Origin: Phoronis australis
Taxonomy: Eukaryota; Animalia; Phoronida
Direction: 5' to 3'
Assembly (NCBI GenBank): GCA_002633005.1
Contig: NMRA01000064.1
Coordinates: forward strand, 1,000,360 to 1,064,359
Length of the DNA: 64,000 bases
The notes under the pieces are model-generated. The model was not told the DNA's origin, did not search any database, and saw nothing but the letters and a program-made list of their open reading frames with translations. Positions 39,201 through 50,078 of the stretch are shown piece after piece. The position numbers and the translations under genes were made by a program. Every line of letters begins with the position of its first letter. Within the stretch, counting starts at the first letter, position 1.

Positions 39201-40767
39201 GGAGAACCGATTGAAGGATTTCAAGGAAAGTTGACACATAGCTTTGTGATGACAATTTTCAAGTGTTGTTTAGTGGAAGAGTGTTTCCAGATATCTGAAG
39301 AACTGATTGACAGATTTCATTGACACTTGACACAGAAGAATATTATGAGATTCCGCTGACATCATTTGATTTTCGGATGGATTCGACATCTGCAGTGCCT
39401 CCTAGTGGCCATTTTGTGTGAGAGCATTTCCGGATGATATGTAGAGAACCGAGTGAGGATTTCAATGAAAGTTGACACTGAGGTTTTTGGTGACAATGCA
39501 GTGACACCTTTAAATTTTCGGGCAGATTCAACTACGGCAATGCCTCCTAGTGGCTAAATGTGGTTACGTTTCTGGATGATATGTAGAGAGCCAAGTGAAG
39601 GATTTCAATTTTGTTGCGGATTCGACTACTTAATTAGCACCTCCTAGTTGCCATTAAGTTTTCTACATGCCGTTGGGCTTTTGAAATTTTGTTTGGGGTA
39701 TTAAAGAGCATTTCCGAATGATATCTAAATAACCGATTGACAGATTTCATGGAAACTTGGCACAGGGGTATAGTCTGAGATTGCGCCATTACGATTTTCA
39801 CCTGGATTTGACAACTGCTGTGCCTCCCAATGCCCATTTTGTGTGAGGGTGTTGACATGTAGAGAACCAAGTAAAGGGTTTCAATTAAAGTTAACACAGA
39901 GGTTTGTGATGACAATGTGGTGGCACTGTTAAATTTTCAGGCGGATCCGCTACTGCAGCACTTCCTGGTGGCCCTTAGAGACATATCATATGCGATGCAT
40001 GGTGGGCGCATGTCAACGCCCCAGCATTGCTTTTGTTTAGTAAATTTTCCAAAAAGGCACGATCAGAGCAAAACAACAGGATCATTTACATGACCCAATT
40101 TCATTTAATGTAAATGCTCAATATAGATTCTCAAAAACACTGTACAGTTTTCATTTTAATTTCATGCAACTTATGAGCTTTTTCGTGAAAATCATGAAAG
40201 TCTTAATTTTTGATAGTCCCTCATGCAAAAATGAAACATTGGTAAAACAATACCTAACATGAATTTGGAGAATAATCAAGAATAATGTCTGACAGTTCAA
40301 TGTGAAACTCTTCAGGCACTTCTGAGTTAGGATTTTCCAAAACTGGCCTGAAGTGAACATTTTTCTAGGGTCATATCTAATCTTAATATCTGCTGAAAGG
40401 AAACTTGGATATCATCGCATTGCCATGAAATTTAAGGATTAATACAGCAGGGTTGCGTTCATGTGGACCGACTATTTAGTCTTGTGGCATTTTTCTTGTT
40501 CCTGTTTCAGTTGATGCCCCCGAGGAGGATGAAGACGCAGTGAAGCCCATCCCACCACTCTCAAATGTGATCTTCGACTCTAAAGAGGAACGTGAAGACA
40601 CCCATGATCTGGATGTAACTGTGAACCCTCTAATGCCTGACCCCATCTCCCTCCCAGGCACTCCTATAACAGACGGGTCTAGTTTTAACAGCACCTGCAG
40701 CACCACAGCCCTGTTACCACACCCGTACAATCAGAGCAAGAACCAAGACGATGACGCTATTGTTTAA
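15299..40767 (+). CDS. MGRN1: E3 ubiquitin ligase MGRN1/RNF157 family (Mahogunin), 14 coding exons, ~658 aa
   Basis: Exons: 15299-15386 (MGNLMQRNNEGVEEVDIASNNAYRFPPKTG), 19546-19664 (SYFGSHFIMGG...FLFGENNDLNFLG), 20415-20503 (FPYPAP...KSLVNIRKDSLRLVK), 21466-21780, 22525-22642, 23442-23505, 25233-25390 (KPLKQKQMVDGLCYLLQEIYGIENK), 26339-26560 (C3HC4 RING [49 protein letters not shown]), 27846-27960 (PPGYEAVTLIEALNGP), 33177-33240, 34796-34972 (donor uncertain), 36066-36159, 38540-38636, 40511-40767. Phases are consistent and the total is 1977 nt. Exons 1-9 are supported by homology; exons 10-14 by splice sites and phase only. Confidence 0.95.
17357..17685. mobile_element. Fold-back MITE, ~145-bp arms
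   Basis: GTACTTTTGACGAGGTGAAAA / TTTTCACCTCGTCAAAAGTAC, with pairing continuing to a ~40-nt loop. Confidence 0.8.
17801..18441 (-). mobile_element. Non-autonomous miniature LTR retrotransposon (TRIM) with tRNA-like Pol III promoter in its LTRs (Helenus/TRIMp3-like)
   Basis: LTRs at 17801-17952 and 18313-18441 (TG...CA; second copy begins TA). TSD ATAT at 17797-17800 and 18442-18445. PBS 18294-18311 matches the tRNA-Lys(CUU) 3' end at 16/18. PPT GGATGGGGAAAAG (minus) abuts the other LTR. A-box-like and B-box (GGTTCGAAAC) motifs lie inside the LTRs. Confidence 0.85.
19344..19452. repeat. 29-bp tandem repeat (GCTGCAGTACCTGGTGTCATGTGACTCAT) x ~3.7
   Basis: Directly visible, ~90 bp upstream of MGRN1 exon 2. 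Confidence 0.9.
20813..21319. mobile_element. hAT-like MITE with 13-bp TIR and 6-bp TSD
   Basis: CAGGGCTTGGAAT / ATTCCAAGCCCTG. CTTTAG duplicated at 20807-20812 and 21320-21325. Confidence 0.75.
22754..22950. mobile_element. Small fold-back MITE
   Basis: ATAGACCTTATTCACA / TGTGAATAAGGTGTAT termini with inner imperfect pairing (TTTAAAAAACGATGCATT / AATGCATTGTTTTTAAA). Confidence 0.65.
23570..23854. repeat. 21-bp minisatellite (AACCTGCCTTTGGACGTCCAT) x ~13.5
   Basis: Directly visible. One substitution in the whole array. Confidence 0.97.
23953..24129. repeat. ~95-bp tandem duplication
   Basis: ACTTGGGACACAGCTC...AAGCCGACATATCAAGCTTG.TCTCAAGCTGTAAGGAACTGACAA occurs twice. Confidence 0.85.
28794..29064. 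repeat. 33-bp minisatellite (GTGACTTGAAACTGTCACATGTACATATTGCCT) x ~8
   Basis: Directly visible. Explains the periodic ORFs at 28693-29060. Confidence 0.95.
29740..30080 (+). mobile_element. Decayed Penelope-like reverse transcriptase fragment
   Basis: Manual translation SLHV*SHFTSIPVKDAVDLILCHVYDH...PPSVP..MLREIL...PFKNINGKLFLQ resembles PLE RT SLDVxSLFTNVPV...F...GKLYxQxDG. Has stops and frameshifts. Confidence 0.65.
32420..32505. repeat. ~15-bp tandem repeat (GATGTTGTTGATCAA) x ~6
   Basis: Directly visible, imperfect. Confidence 0.8.
37000..38385 (-). mobile_element. 5'-truncated, frameshifted LINE (CR1/L2 group) ORF2, RT and C-terminal part
   Basis: LLYADDI near 38280-38300 (minus), WCKKWRMVVNMAKTK, YKYLGCILD, KPKLRTYILFK spread over overlapping ORFs 37372-38210. 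Left boundary approximate. Confidence 0.85.
38870..40040 (+). repeat. Diverged tandem array (~100-240-bp spacing) of a Helentron/HINE-like element; related 5' fragment at ~26582-27520
   Basis: Recurring GATTTCA(A/T)(T/G)GAAA(G/C)TTGACACA and CCTCCTAGTGGCC. Ends in GTGGGCGCAT (40002-40011) plus a T-rich tail; this is the reverse complement of ATGCGCCCAC at 26588-26597 (subTIR-like). Superfamily is inferred. Confidence 0.65.
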
Positions 40768-41014
40768 AGTCATATAAATGTGATTTGGGCAATGCCTTGC
40801 CTGTCATCCATATCTTGTGGTGGAATAGTTTTTTCATTGTCTCCTAAAGTCGTGTTAAAAATATATGCAAGCTCACTTACTAGGAGATGAATTCGAATGT
40901 TACATAGTCGGCTGGTCTGACCCACAGACCCGACAGCTGTTGGCAAACATTAACAATCTTGTGCTTTGTTTATAAAACCTTGAGTGACCAAGACCCCTCG
41001 CACACATACATAGA

Positions 41015-41340
41015 TACATAGAAGAGACCAACCGTAATATGGACGCTAGACTTAAAGAACATAAGAAACTGGATAAACTTACAACTCACGGTGAACACAT
41101 GATTGTGAGCGGCCATTCCGTCTCAATGGAGAATGTCAACATATTTGGCAGTGAGTCTAATTGGCACTCACGGAAGGTCAACGAGTCTATCAAGATCCGT
41201 ACTCAGCTCCCCCTCCCCCCGTCGTTGAACCGTGATCTACTTGTCAACTCAGCTCCCGTGTACAACCAACTATTACTTAAGATACAAGCGCCATGGGTGC
41301 CTCAGTTGCTGACGAAGGTCGGCTGAAATGTTTGAACTCG
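41015..41340 (+). mobile_element. Penelope-like GIY-YIG 3' fragment with degenerate hammerhead, within the presumed MGRN1 3' UTR
   Basis: YIEETNRNMDARLKEH...GEHMIVSGH...RKVNESIKI...PSLNRD. CTGACGA...GAAA at 41309-41328 with a collapsed stem II. Confidence 0.75.
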
Positions 41341-42689
41341 TCCTTAGTAACTGATCTTACATATATTTCTAACATCCATATCTTCTTTTCTGTAGTTTTC
41401 AAGAAATAAGTGTCAGTGTTGGTCGTGAGTTGGTGAAATTTTGATCATGTGTTTTTACTTCCTGTACTCATGCTTTGCCTTGTTTTGTGTTTTCTGTCTC
41501 AGACACGGTGCGACTAGTTTTTCTTCAGACTTTTGGGCGACATTTTTTGTGCAATATTCCTCTGATAGCCTTCTTATTTTTACCCTAATTCCACAAATTT
41601 AAACAAGATTGTGTTGACAAGATGTTGCCATTTTTTATATATGTATAGTAAGACAGTTTTGATTTTGTCTATTCATGTACAACTAGTTCACTGGTTGATA
41701 TATGCTCCGTTGTTTCATGAAATAGAACAGCTTCTTGGAGGTGTGTGGCACCATCAGATTCACACTGTGTTCTGCCTGCTAAGGCAGTCTTTGTGCTATT
41801 CCACACACAAAGATTTGGTCTACACTGTCCATCTCTTCACACTTGTCATTTTGTTGGAGGACCTCACTTCTCTGGTGTCAACCAAACCTGTGAAGTCTTT
41901 ACATTGTATACATTTACTTTGCCTCAGATGTATATTTACTCTTTAAATCTTCAGCCATATATTATCCTGTAGAACCTAAATTATGTGTGCTGGAAGAAAA
42001 ATGGTTCTCAATCTCAAATCTAGAGGCGTTTTATATAAGCCAGTCAAGAATATAAAAAGTAGGACATGGGGGCATTAATAATGGCAGAGCTGATATCGAT
42101 TTGAGCGTGGTATGTTGACATCGAGCACTTGGTGGTCTGGTTAGGCTCATGAGGCTGGGTGCAGGTTTCCTGTTCAACTGGCAGCAGATATGCTCTGCTC
42201 TGTATTATTGGCAGACTGAGGGAACCTTAATGACAAATCAAGCAGGACTGATGAATTGGACACTGTTGCTGTCTTCTGTCAACAGTCGGGCATCATAATG
42301 TATTAATTAACAAACCCACATCTTGTGATCCTGATGTCTACCAATTTAGCTCAACATTGAACAGTGAAGCTGTAAGTAATTACAAGTACATTACAAGCCA
42401 AAGGTATTCAGACAAAATGTCCCAGAATTCCCTGTCTCATCCGTTGGGGGGAAGCTGTTTTCATCATCGGAGCAGTTTTCCCTCGAGACCTACATTTTGT
42501 TAGGTGAGTCGGCCATTCTCTTATTAAAATTTTGGTGACCCTAATATTGCTCTGTCATTTTTGAGGACAGTTAGCCATCTTGATGGGAGAAACCGTATTT
42601 GTGGGATTACTTTTGTCTTGTACTGTAAATGTGTAAATACAGATAAATATTTATTTAAACTGGACCAGGTGTGATTTTTGTACTGTTAT

Positions 42690-42695
42690 AATAAA
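42690..42695 (+). other. Candidate polyadenylation signal of MGRN1 (3' UTR ~1.9 kb)
   Basis: AATAAA followed by T-rich sequence at the end of a UTR-like region. Confidence 0.45.
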
Positions 42696-42859
42696 GTTCT
42701 GCATTTTTACATACTTTTGTTAAATCTTCATTCTGGAACTAGGGTCAATAAGTAGACGGGTGTTGCAGCATTGGCTTAAAAATCCATTCGTCGTTGCAAC
42801 GCAATTGGCTGATTTTGAAGTAATCAAAGAACTTGCTTCGTCAGTATATAGGCTTTCAG

Positions 42860-43290
42860 TGCCCGGTTGCATGAAACAGTCCCAAATAGGGACTCGGTAG
42901 AGTTCCCTAAATCTTCTGTGTATTTGTTTCGTTCTTCACTTACAGATGTTATATTTGTCTATCACTTTATCTTCATCGTGAGGTCGTCTTTGAATAATGA
43001 CATTTTCTAATAATATAACTAAAAACAGCCCTTAATTAAGTTATAATAATTAGGGACTCGGTTCTTAAATTAGGTGAGTTGCATGGAAAGATAACTTCTT
43101 ATTTTCAATAATAATGAGAATTCAAGTTATAGTTTACTTTCGATTTGTATCAAAGTCAAAAATTGACTTAGTATTGAGACTCCAACAGCATAAGAAGGAA
43201 TAATCAGTGTTTTCACAAGCTCACAAATGCGCAGTAGATTTGGGGAACTTAGCTGAGTCTCTATTAGGGACTGTTTCATGCAACCGGGCA
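42860..43290. mobile_element. Harbinger-type MITE with 3-bp CAG TSD
   Basis: TIR TGCCCGGTTGCATGAAACAGTCCC / GGGACTGTTTCATGCAACCGGGCA, extending imperfectly to ~70 bp. CAG flanks both ends (42857-42859, 43291-43293). Confidence 0.8.
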
Positions 43291-44288
43291 CAGGCTTCCA
43301 AGCTCTTCCTACTTTCTGGCGTGTTTCTGCTTTTCCCACTTTTTATTAAAAATCCTAACACTTCCTACTTTTTGGTCTATGAAAGTTTATGGGGTAGTAG
43401 ATCAAAGGCAGGATTGGACTCTGCTTTCTTCACAACATGAGTAACATTTGCCCTTTACAATGGTTCAATCATAGACATTGCATAGACCGGGCGCGCGCTA
43501 CTCGGATGCATGCTGTTTGCGTTGTCGATATGACGCCACATTGGAGAGCGTTACACAGGAAAAAATGGCGAAAACACTGGGAGCTTTGCGGCATCAATCA
43601 GAAAGTCGGTGGGCTCGCAGTGTTATGCTTACAGCCAAACCGTTAAGTTTTTTGGTCCTGCCTTTGAGTCATGGCGGTTTTTTGATTAGGCCATGGAGTT
43701 TAGACGTGCTGCCACTAGGCGTAGCGATTATGTGTTGTTTCCACATCAGTCTTGGTGATTGAGACCATATAAGATCAATTAAAAGATAATTATTGACCAT
43801 GATATGCTATTATCTAGTGACGAGGCTGTTTGTTAGGATTTTTGATATAAAGGTTTTGTTTTTGCGTTGACAAAGACGAATACGACTTCAATTTTTTATG
43901 ATTAGAAAATACCTTGCGTTTTGCGAAAAAGTATATTCATATTTCCTGGTCTTTGTTATTTCAGAAAATATATGCTTTTACTAGTTGACAAAGCTTAGTT
44001 TTTTTATGTACGAGTTAGAATGGAGGCCACTAAATAAGGTTGGAGATAACCTTAAGTAAGTATTTGGTATCAATGACTATCCTATGAATTTTTACTTGTT
44101 CTGAAAGATTACACCCGCGAACCTACTCGTTAGACATCAAAATCAGTACATCTAAGTGAATAATGTATTCTCTGTTGAAATATATACTGCTTTAAAAACT
44201 CATTTTAATGTATTCCAAAATCAGATTTCTTTTGTAATTAAAACAAACATAACCCTGCAAAATCTATACTTATGTTAAAGTTGATATT

Positions 44289-44711
44289 GGCTGTACTTCG
44301 GGAGCAAGTTTTCGGTTATACAGAATTTGTAAAACGCACGGCACTTTTCATTGTTCACAGTCTTTATTCCGTTACGTTCGTACTTTCGGAACAAAACTCT
44401 ACTCTGATCAGGACATAGATGCAGTAACTGACCTAGCGACATAATAAAAAGACACGCACGATATTTCGAAACATACTTGTTTCACTGTGTGTGTCATCAG
44501 CTTATGGTCTGTGGTGGCATTACTGCGTCATTTTATCTTCACTTGAGAATGAAACAAGTATGTTTCGAAGTATTGTGTGTCTTTTTAATATGTCGCTAGG
44601 TCAGTTATTGTATCTATGTTCAGTTGAGAGTAGAGTTTTGTTCTGAAAGTACGAACGTAACGGAATAAAGACTGTGAACAATGAAAAGTGTGCGTTTAAG
44701 AAATTCTGTAT
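44289..44711. mobile_element. Fold-back MITE, ~170-bp arms; a related left arm occurs at ~62801-62915
   Basis: 44317-44484 is the reverse complement of 44550-44711. GGCT(G/A)TACTTCGGGAGCAAGTTTTC is shared with 62801. Confidence 0.8.
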
Positions 44712-46301
44712 AAAGTTAATATTGGAAATTTTGTGGATTTGCACTCACTGCTTGCTTACATGTGTACGAGCTCTTTGTTTTGTGACTCAAAACTTGCGCA
44801 AAAAAGTAAAGTGCATAGTAACCAAAATATCAAACCTGTACGACTGCATTGCGCATCCAATCTACCCAAAATACAGAATTTTCCACTGGAAACCGAGTGG
44901 AAATATACCCAACCGAGCCGGTGTAACATTACATAATGACCCCGTGAAAAATGACCCCAGCTATCCTTCACGTGGTCTAAATTTAATATGAAGAAGTTTT
45001 AGCCCAGGAAAAAATGACCTCACGTCCCGCGTGAAAAGGTTCCGGGTGCGGATCCAGAATTTTGATTTAGGGGGCCAATTAAAGGCAGAGGATCACATGC
45101 GCGTACCCAGCCTAAAATTTCGCGGTCATGTGGACCTTTTACTGGAATAACTGAGAAGACGCTGAGTACTAAAAAACAAAAAAAAAAAACGGTGTAGGCC
45201 TACTAGGTTCAACCCCATGCGTTGTTCATTCGCTACGAATTCCTGTGGACTTTTGTCTCGTTTCTTCGGAATTTTTGTTTCTCTGAGAAGAACCGTAATT
45301 GCCCACTTGGTCAAATATGGAGAAGGGGGGGGGGGGGGGGGGGGNGGGCTCTAATAACCACCCCCCAGGTGCGCGCATGTATTAGCCAGGATTTTGCCCC
45401 CGAAATGCCCAATGAAAGGTACATTCATAGAGAAGAAACAGGATCAATAAAATGACCATGTTTCAGTCGTATAATATCAATGTTCAAGACGAAATCTTAA
45501 AACCCTGCAACAGATTTTTGAAATAATTGGGTTTTTTTCGTTTAATGCAACTTTAAAAGAAATTTATAGAACTTATCTAAGTCCTATTTTGATAACCCCT
45601 CATGCGAAAGTGGAACATTTTAAAAGCAATTTTAACATTGTTTTAGAGAACAGCGTATAAAATATAAAATCTGAAAATGTCATATGTGTCATACTTTTGG
45701 CGGGGACAAGTACTGACTCCACCGAAAGCCAGGCAGTGAGACCACAGATCCTTGTGGAGTTAAGGCCAGAAATTAAGACTTCAATGCCAAGACACTTTTG
45801 ATAACTGAACGCGTCATGGTCGTAAATCGGGACTTACGACTTAGACTTATTTGAGACCAGACTTACACCCTTGATAGTTCGGGATGTAGGGCGTTGGGAC
45901 CTGGCAACGGGCGGTGTTATCGCGCAGAAGGCTTTTCCAAAATTTATCTTCAATTAAAAACATTTTGCTCTTTGACGCAATTGAATTGGAAACCAATGAG
46001 GCACAAGCAATATTTTTCAATAAGCGATGACGCTAAGAACAATCACTTTCGTCTACTCACCAAGCGGAAGACGATCTGAGCATATACTAACACTGGATAC
46101 TTACTTCGCTTCAATATGTGTACTGAGACTTGGTGAACTTGGTGCTAAAGGGGAGTTTTCTCGGGTCACGCGAATCTTGCCATGTCAAAATTATTTGTCT
46201 TGTACCTGGTCTAGCAACGTTGGTTTCAGGCAAATGCGAGTAAGATTAAAGTTAATAATCGCATATCAGACAAAAAGTCACTCCTGAGAAATTATTCCCT
46301 G

Positions 46302-47258
46302 ATGGACAACACGGCAAATGCAGTTTCTCCAACTCCAACTCAAAACCATGAGGAGGAAAGCCACGTGCGGCGGACCGTTAAGGAGAACTATGTGTATTTC
46401 CAACTTCAAGGCGTAGCGTTGCTACTGTCCTCCGTTACCTCGATCGTGCTAGCCGTCGTCGTGTTTCTCCTTTTCGACAACACTCGATATTACCACGGAC
46501 TATGGGGTGGACCATATACACTAGCACTTTCCATTTTGACTTTTGTTGCAATGAAGAAAAGAACTCTCCGCCTAATGCGCATCCTGTTGTACGCGTCTGC
46601 ATTCGGAATACTCGTAGGAATCGCTCAGTTTCTGATTAGCACCGTGGACATCAGATTCACCGTTGTCGCTAAACATGACTTTTCTGACGAAGGCGGATTA
46701 ACACGCCGCGCAATCGAGATGGCCGTCAGTGGCACGATAATATTTCAGATCGTGCTCTGCATTATCAGTTGTGTCAACATCCGTAAAATATGGCGAAGGA
46801 GAGAGGAGAGGACTCAGGGACAAGTAATGACTCCACCTCCGCCAGACAGTGCAGAACCACAGCTCCCAACAAATCTGCCACCTCAGTATTACATGTGCTC
46901 CTCTTACTACGGCGGGAACCCCCAGTTCATGCCACCGTCACCACAAGTTCTCAGAATGCCACCATATCCGGGCACACAGTCGTTCACGATCACTCCGCCA
47001 CCACCATACGGCTATCAGACCGGTACATATTTTCCCTCGATGCTGCCGCCATCAAATCCTGCAAGCTCACTTTCAAAATTACCAGGAAGCAGCGTTCAGC
47101 CAGGCGTGACAGCCCCGCCTCCAGGTCCTTTGGCAACCATGTCTCAACAACCAGTACCCCAATTCCAACAACCTCCACCTTCAGTAACTTCGGAAAACAA
47201 CACTATTCAAAATATGACTGCGCCAACACTTCCGTCCAGTTTTCAAACAGCAAAATAA
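46302..47258 (+). CDS. Four-TM MS4A/CD20-like membrane protein with Pro-rich, PPxY-containing C-terminal tail; uninterrupted CDS, 318 aa
   Basis: 318-aa ORF with four hydrophobic segments (LQGVALLLSSVTSIVLAVVVFLLF; GLWGGPYTLALSILTFVAM; ILLYASAFGILVGIAQFLISTV; AVSGTIIFQIVLCIISCVNI). The GxWxG at the start of TM2 is typical of the CD20-like family. Tail has PPQY and PPPY. AATAAA at 47470-47475. Confidence 0.85.
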   Translation: MDNTANAVSPTPTQNHEEESHVRRTVKENYVYFQLQGVALLLSSVTSIVLAVVVFLLFDNTRYYHGLWGGPYTLALSILTFVAMKKRTLRLMRILLYASAFGILVGIAQFLISTVDIRFTVVAKHDFSDEGGLTRRAIEMAVSGTIIFQIVLCIISCVNIRKIWRRREERTQGQVMTPPPPDSAEPQLPTNLPPQYYMCSSYYGGNPQFMPPSPQVLRMPPYPGTQSFTITPPPPYGYQTGTYFPSMLPPSNPASSLSKLPGSSVQPGVTAPPPGPLATMSQQPVPQFQQPPPSVTSENNTIQNMTAPTLPSSFQTAK

Positions 47259-47479
47259 AGTGCCCGCGTCTGTGAACAACGACTCTTGGTTTGACACTCG
47301 CACTGAACTTGACGTCGTCAACTCTTTCAATTGGGAACCCATTCGTAGACGTTGAGCAACTGACCACGAAAATGAAATCGTCAGCAAACAGGACTTCCCA
47401 TTTTAAATACATTTGGAACAATGTGAAAATTCCGACGTCTAAAACGCAATTCTGGTGAACTAAATATTCAATAAAAACG

Positions 47480-48250
47480 GTCAGTTTGGCCTGTTCTAGT
47501 TGTCATTCGCTTGAATGTGAATTGAACATGTTTACATGTTGACCAAAAAGATCTTTTTCCTCCATGCAGGCAAATACCGTTTCCTAAGGTCATCGTAGAA
47601 TGTACATTCGGTAACAAAATGATATTCTGACTCGACATATGTCCTAACACAGAGAGGGCATAACCTTTCTGGTCTGCTAAGTTTCAGGTGTCTACCCTTT
47701 TCAATCATTAGTGGATGCGCTGGATATCTTAATCTTACCATATCAGATCTAACATTTACATTATCAATTACATCTAAATAGTTTTCAAAGCATATGTTTA
47801 ACCTAAAAGTTCTGTAAGTTTCCAGCTTAAGCGAATTGTTAAAAATTTCTTGCCAATTTTGCTGATCAATATCTTTGCATCTCTGTTTAAAAAGTGATAT
47901 GAAGCTTGTCTCGGAACCTTCACCCTGATTGTACCATGCTTCTCCAAAACCAAACTAAAATAGCAATTTCTTAACACCATTAACCCAGCACGGTTTATCA
48001 ACATTTTCCGTCATATTGTACTGCCATTCATAGCAATTTTTAACGCATCGGTTTTTAATAGTTTTAACCAATATCAGAGTTTCATAATTTTAGGAAGTCA
48101 GTATGCAATCAAGTCGAATAACGACCCATCTCACCTCTAACAGTTGATGAAATTGCTGTGCTAGGCAAATTTACAATACGTATGGTTTCATGACAGCGAA
48201 AGAGATTCGAAGTGGACATTTAAACTGTATTGAGCACGAACGTTGCTTCC
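47480..48250 (-). mobile_element. Decayed LINE ORF2 C-terminal fragment
   Basis: RLRYPAHPLMIEKGRH...ERLCPLC...VESEYHFVTECTFYDDLR at 47532-47741 is a typical LINE C-terminal CCHC motif. Boundaries approximate. Confidence 0.75.
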
Positions 48251-50078
48251 ATTTGCAACTCTCTTGTTTCACATGATGACAACGGATAGTTTTGCGGCGA
48301 GTCACAAAATTGGGTCCTGAAATACTGCAACTTAAAGTGGCATAGAACAGAGTAAGGCACTTTATTGAAAGTGGTTCTCTGCCTCTAAAACGGAAGTCAA
48401 ACTTTTCACCAGGTATTTTTATTAATTGTTCGTAAACATTTTAATTTTCTGTTGATGTCAAAGCATTTTTCCGTTAATTTCAAATTCAAAAAGCGATCCG
48501 TCAACTGTTCGTCACTTTTTGTAGTCGACGAATATAATTCTATCAAGTGGCAAAGCGTGTCTCATTATTTGGTATGGCGTAGCACATTTCCCTGATATGG
48601 AAATTGTGACCTTCGACATTTGATGTAATGGCTATTTCAAGCATGCTCATTGGATACGAAGTCGTCCATTTCCGTGTGACATAATCATGTACATTACTTC
48701 ATTGATTATCAGCTTTTGCAACGTTTTTGGCAGGTTAACCATAGTTTGGAATAAATTGAAATAATTAGGCTATCCCGTCAAACTCCGACTAAAGGCTATG
48801 ACAATCGTCTCCACGTTCAATGTATTCAGAATATGTCTTAAATACTCGAGTTTGCACCCCGAGGGTCATCACTCATATTAACAAGGTGTCCGCAGGCGTT
48901 TACCAAAAATTGCGGATAGGCGTGCTTTTTCAACAACTTTTACAGGACCCACGAAGTGTCCATTGGACCCGACGAAGCAGCCCTCGCTGAAGCTGGACAT
49001 GTTAGCCTGAGATCACACAATTTTTGAATTGTAGTACCAAGGTCATGAAAACTCAAGGACGAACTCTCCGAAAGTCGAATTGAAACCTTGTATGGAAAAT
49101 TCATTAGGACAAAGTCGACTATTTCGAAAAACTAGAGAAAAATGGAGATTCGTTATGCTACTTGTATACCGTAGCTCTTCAATTCGTAGCAAGTAGCTTT
49201 TTCAAGAGTTGTAAATGGTACGTGAGGAATTCTCAGACGGAGGAAAAGTGACCCGTTGCTGTTGAAAGTAGTCTAAGTCCGTTGGTTATAGGTTCGTACT
49301 GTACGACCAAGAAAAGCCAGAAAGCATGCCAAATGATTTTGCTTCCTCGTCATCATCGCATTGCCTTCGTTGTCGTCTTCGTCAGCCTGGTCTTCACGTT
49401 GGCCGTCGGTGAGAGGGGCGCGCGAAACTGGCGGCTAAAGGAAACGAGGAGCGCCACAAAAGACTAGAGGGATGCACAAAATTAATGTCGAGGAATATGA
49501 TGACATTAAATTGACGACGTCTGTAAGTAATAGCTTCAGATTACAATTCAGGATGCATAATTCTTTGAGGCGATCTTCACTGTAACATAAACACCAAAGT
49601 AATCCGCGGAATGACACATAGGGGAATATGAAACACCACTGTTGCAACGCGCAGAGTATTTTCGGAATATATTTTCTCTTTTCCTCTGAAAATAAATGGA
49701 CGAGACAAATTTATCAATTATACACTTTAACGTTATTGTGTAGAACGTAAAGGAGACAAACTTATCTAATCGATGATACACGTAGTCTCGCAATATTTCC
49801 ACAATTTAGACTCAATCTCGTTTTAATTATATATTAAATGGCATGGAAGCTTATCGAATAAAAGCTTCTCTGCGCTTTCAGTGAACAGAAAGAAAAATCA
49901 ATTGCGTTTGTACTGGGAATGTTCATTTGTTCTAGATTTTGTCATCCCTTACAATAGAAATATTTGCGAGAATGTGACGCGTTCACGTACGCTTGCGTCA
50001 TGAGCGTTAGTACTAAGTCAAAACACCGTGTCACGCGATTTATTGCAGGCAACTAAGTTAATTTTTTACTCCTAATGA

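Noticed and set aside
46790-47421. Overlapping alternative-frame and antisense ORFs in the first MS4A-like gene (likewise at 50707-51711)
   Set aside because: Shadow ORFs of GC-richer real coding sequence, with no recognisable motifs.
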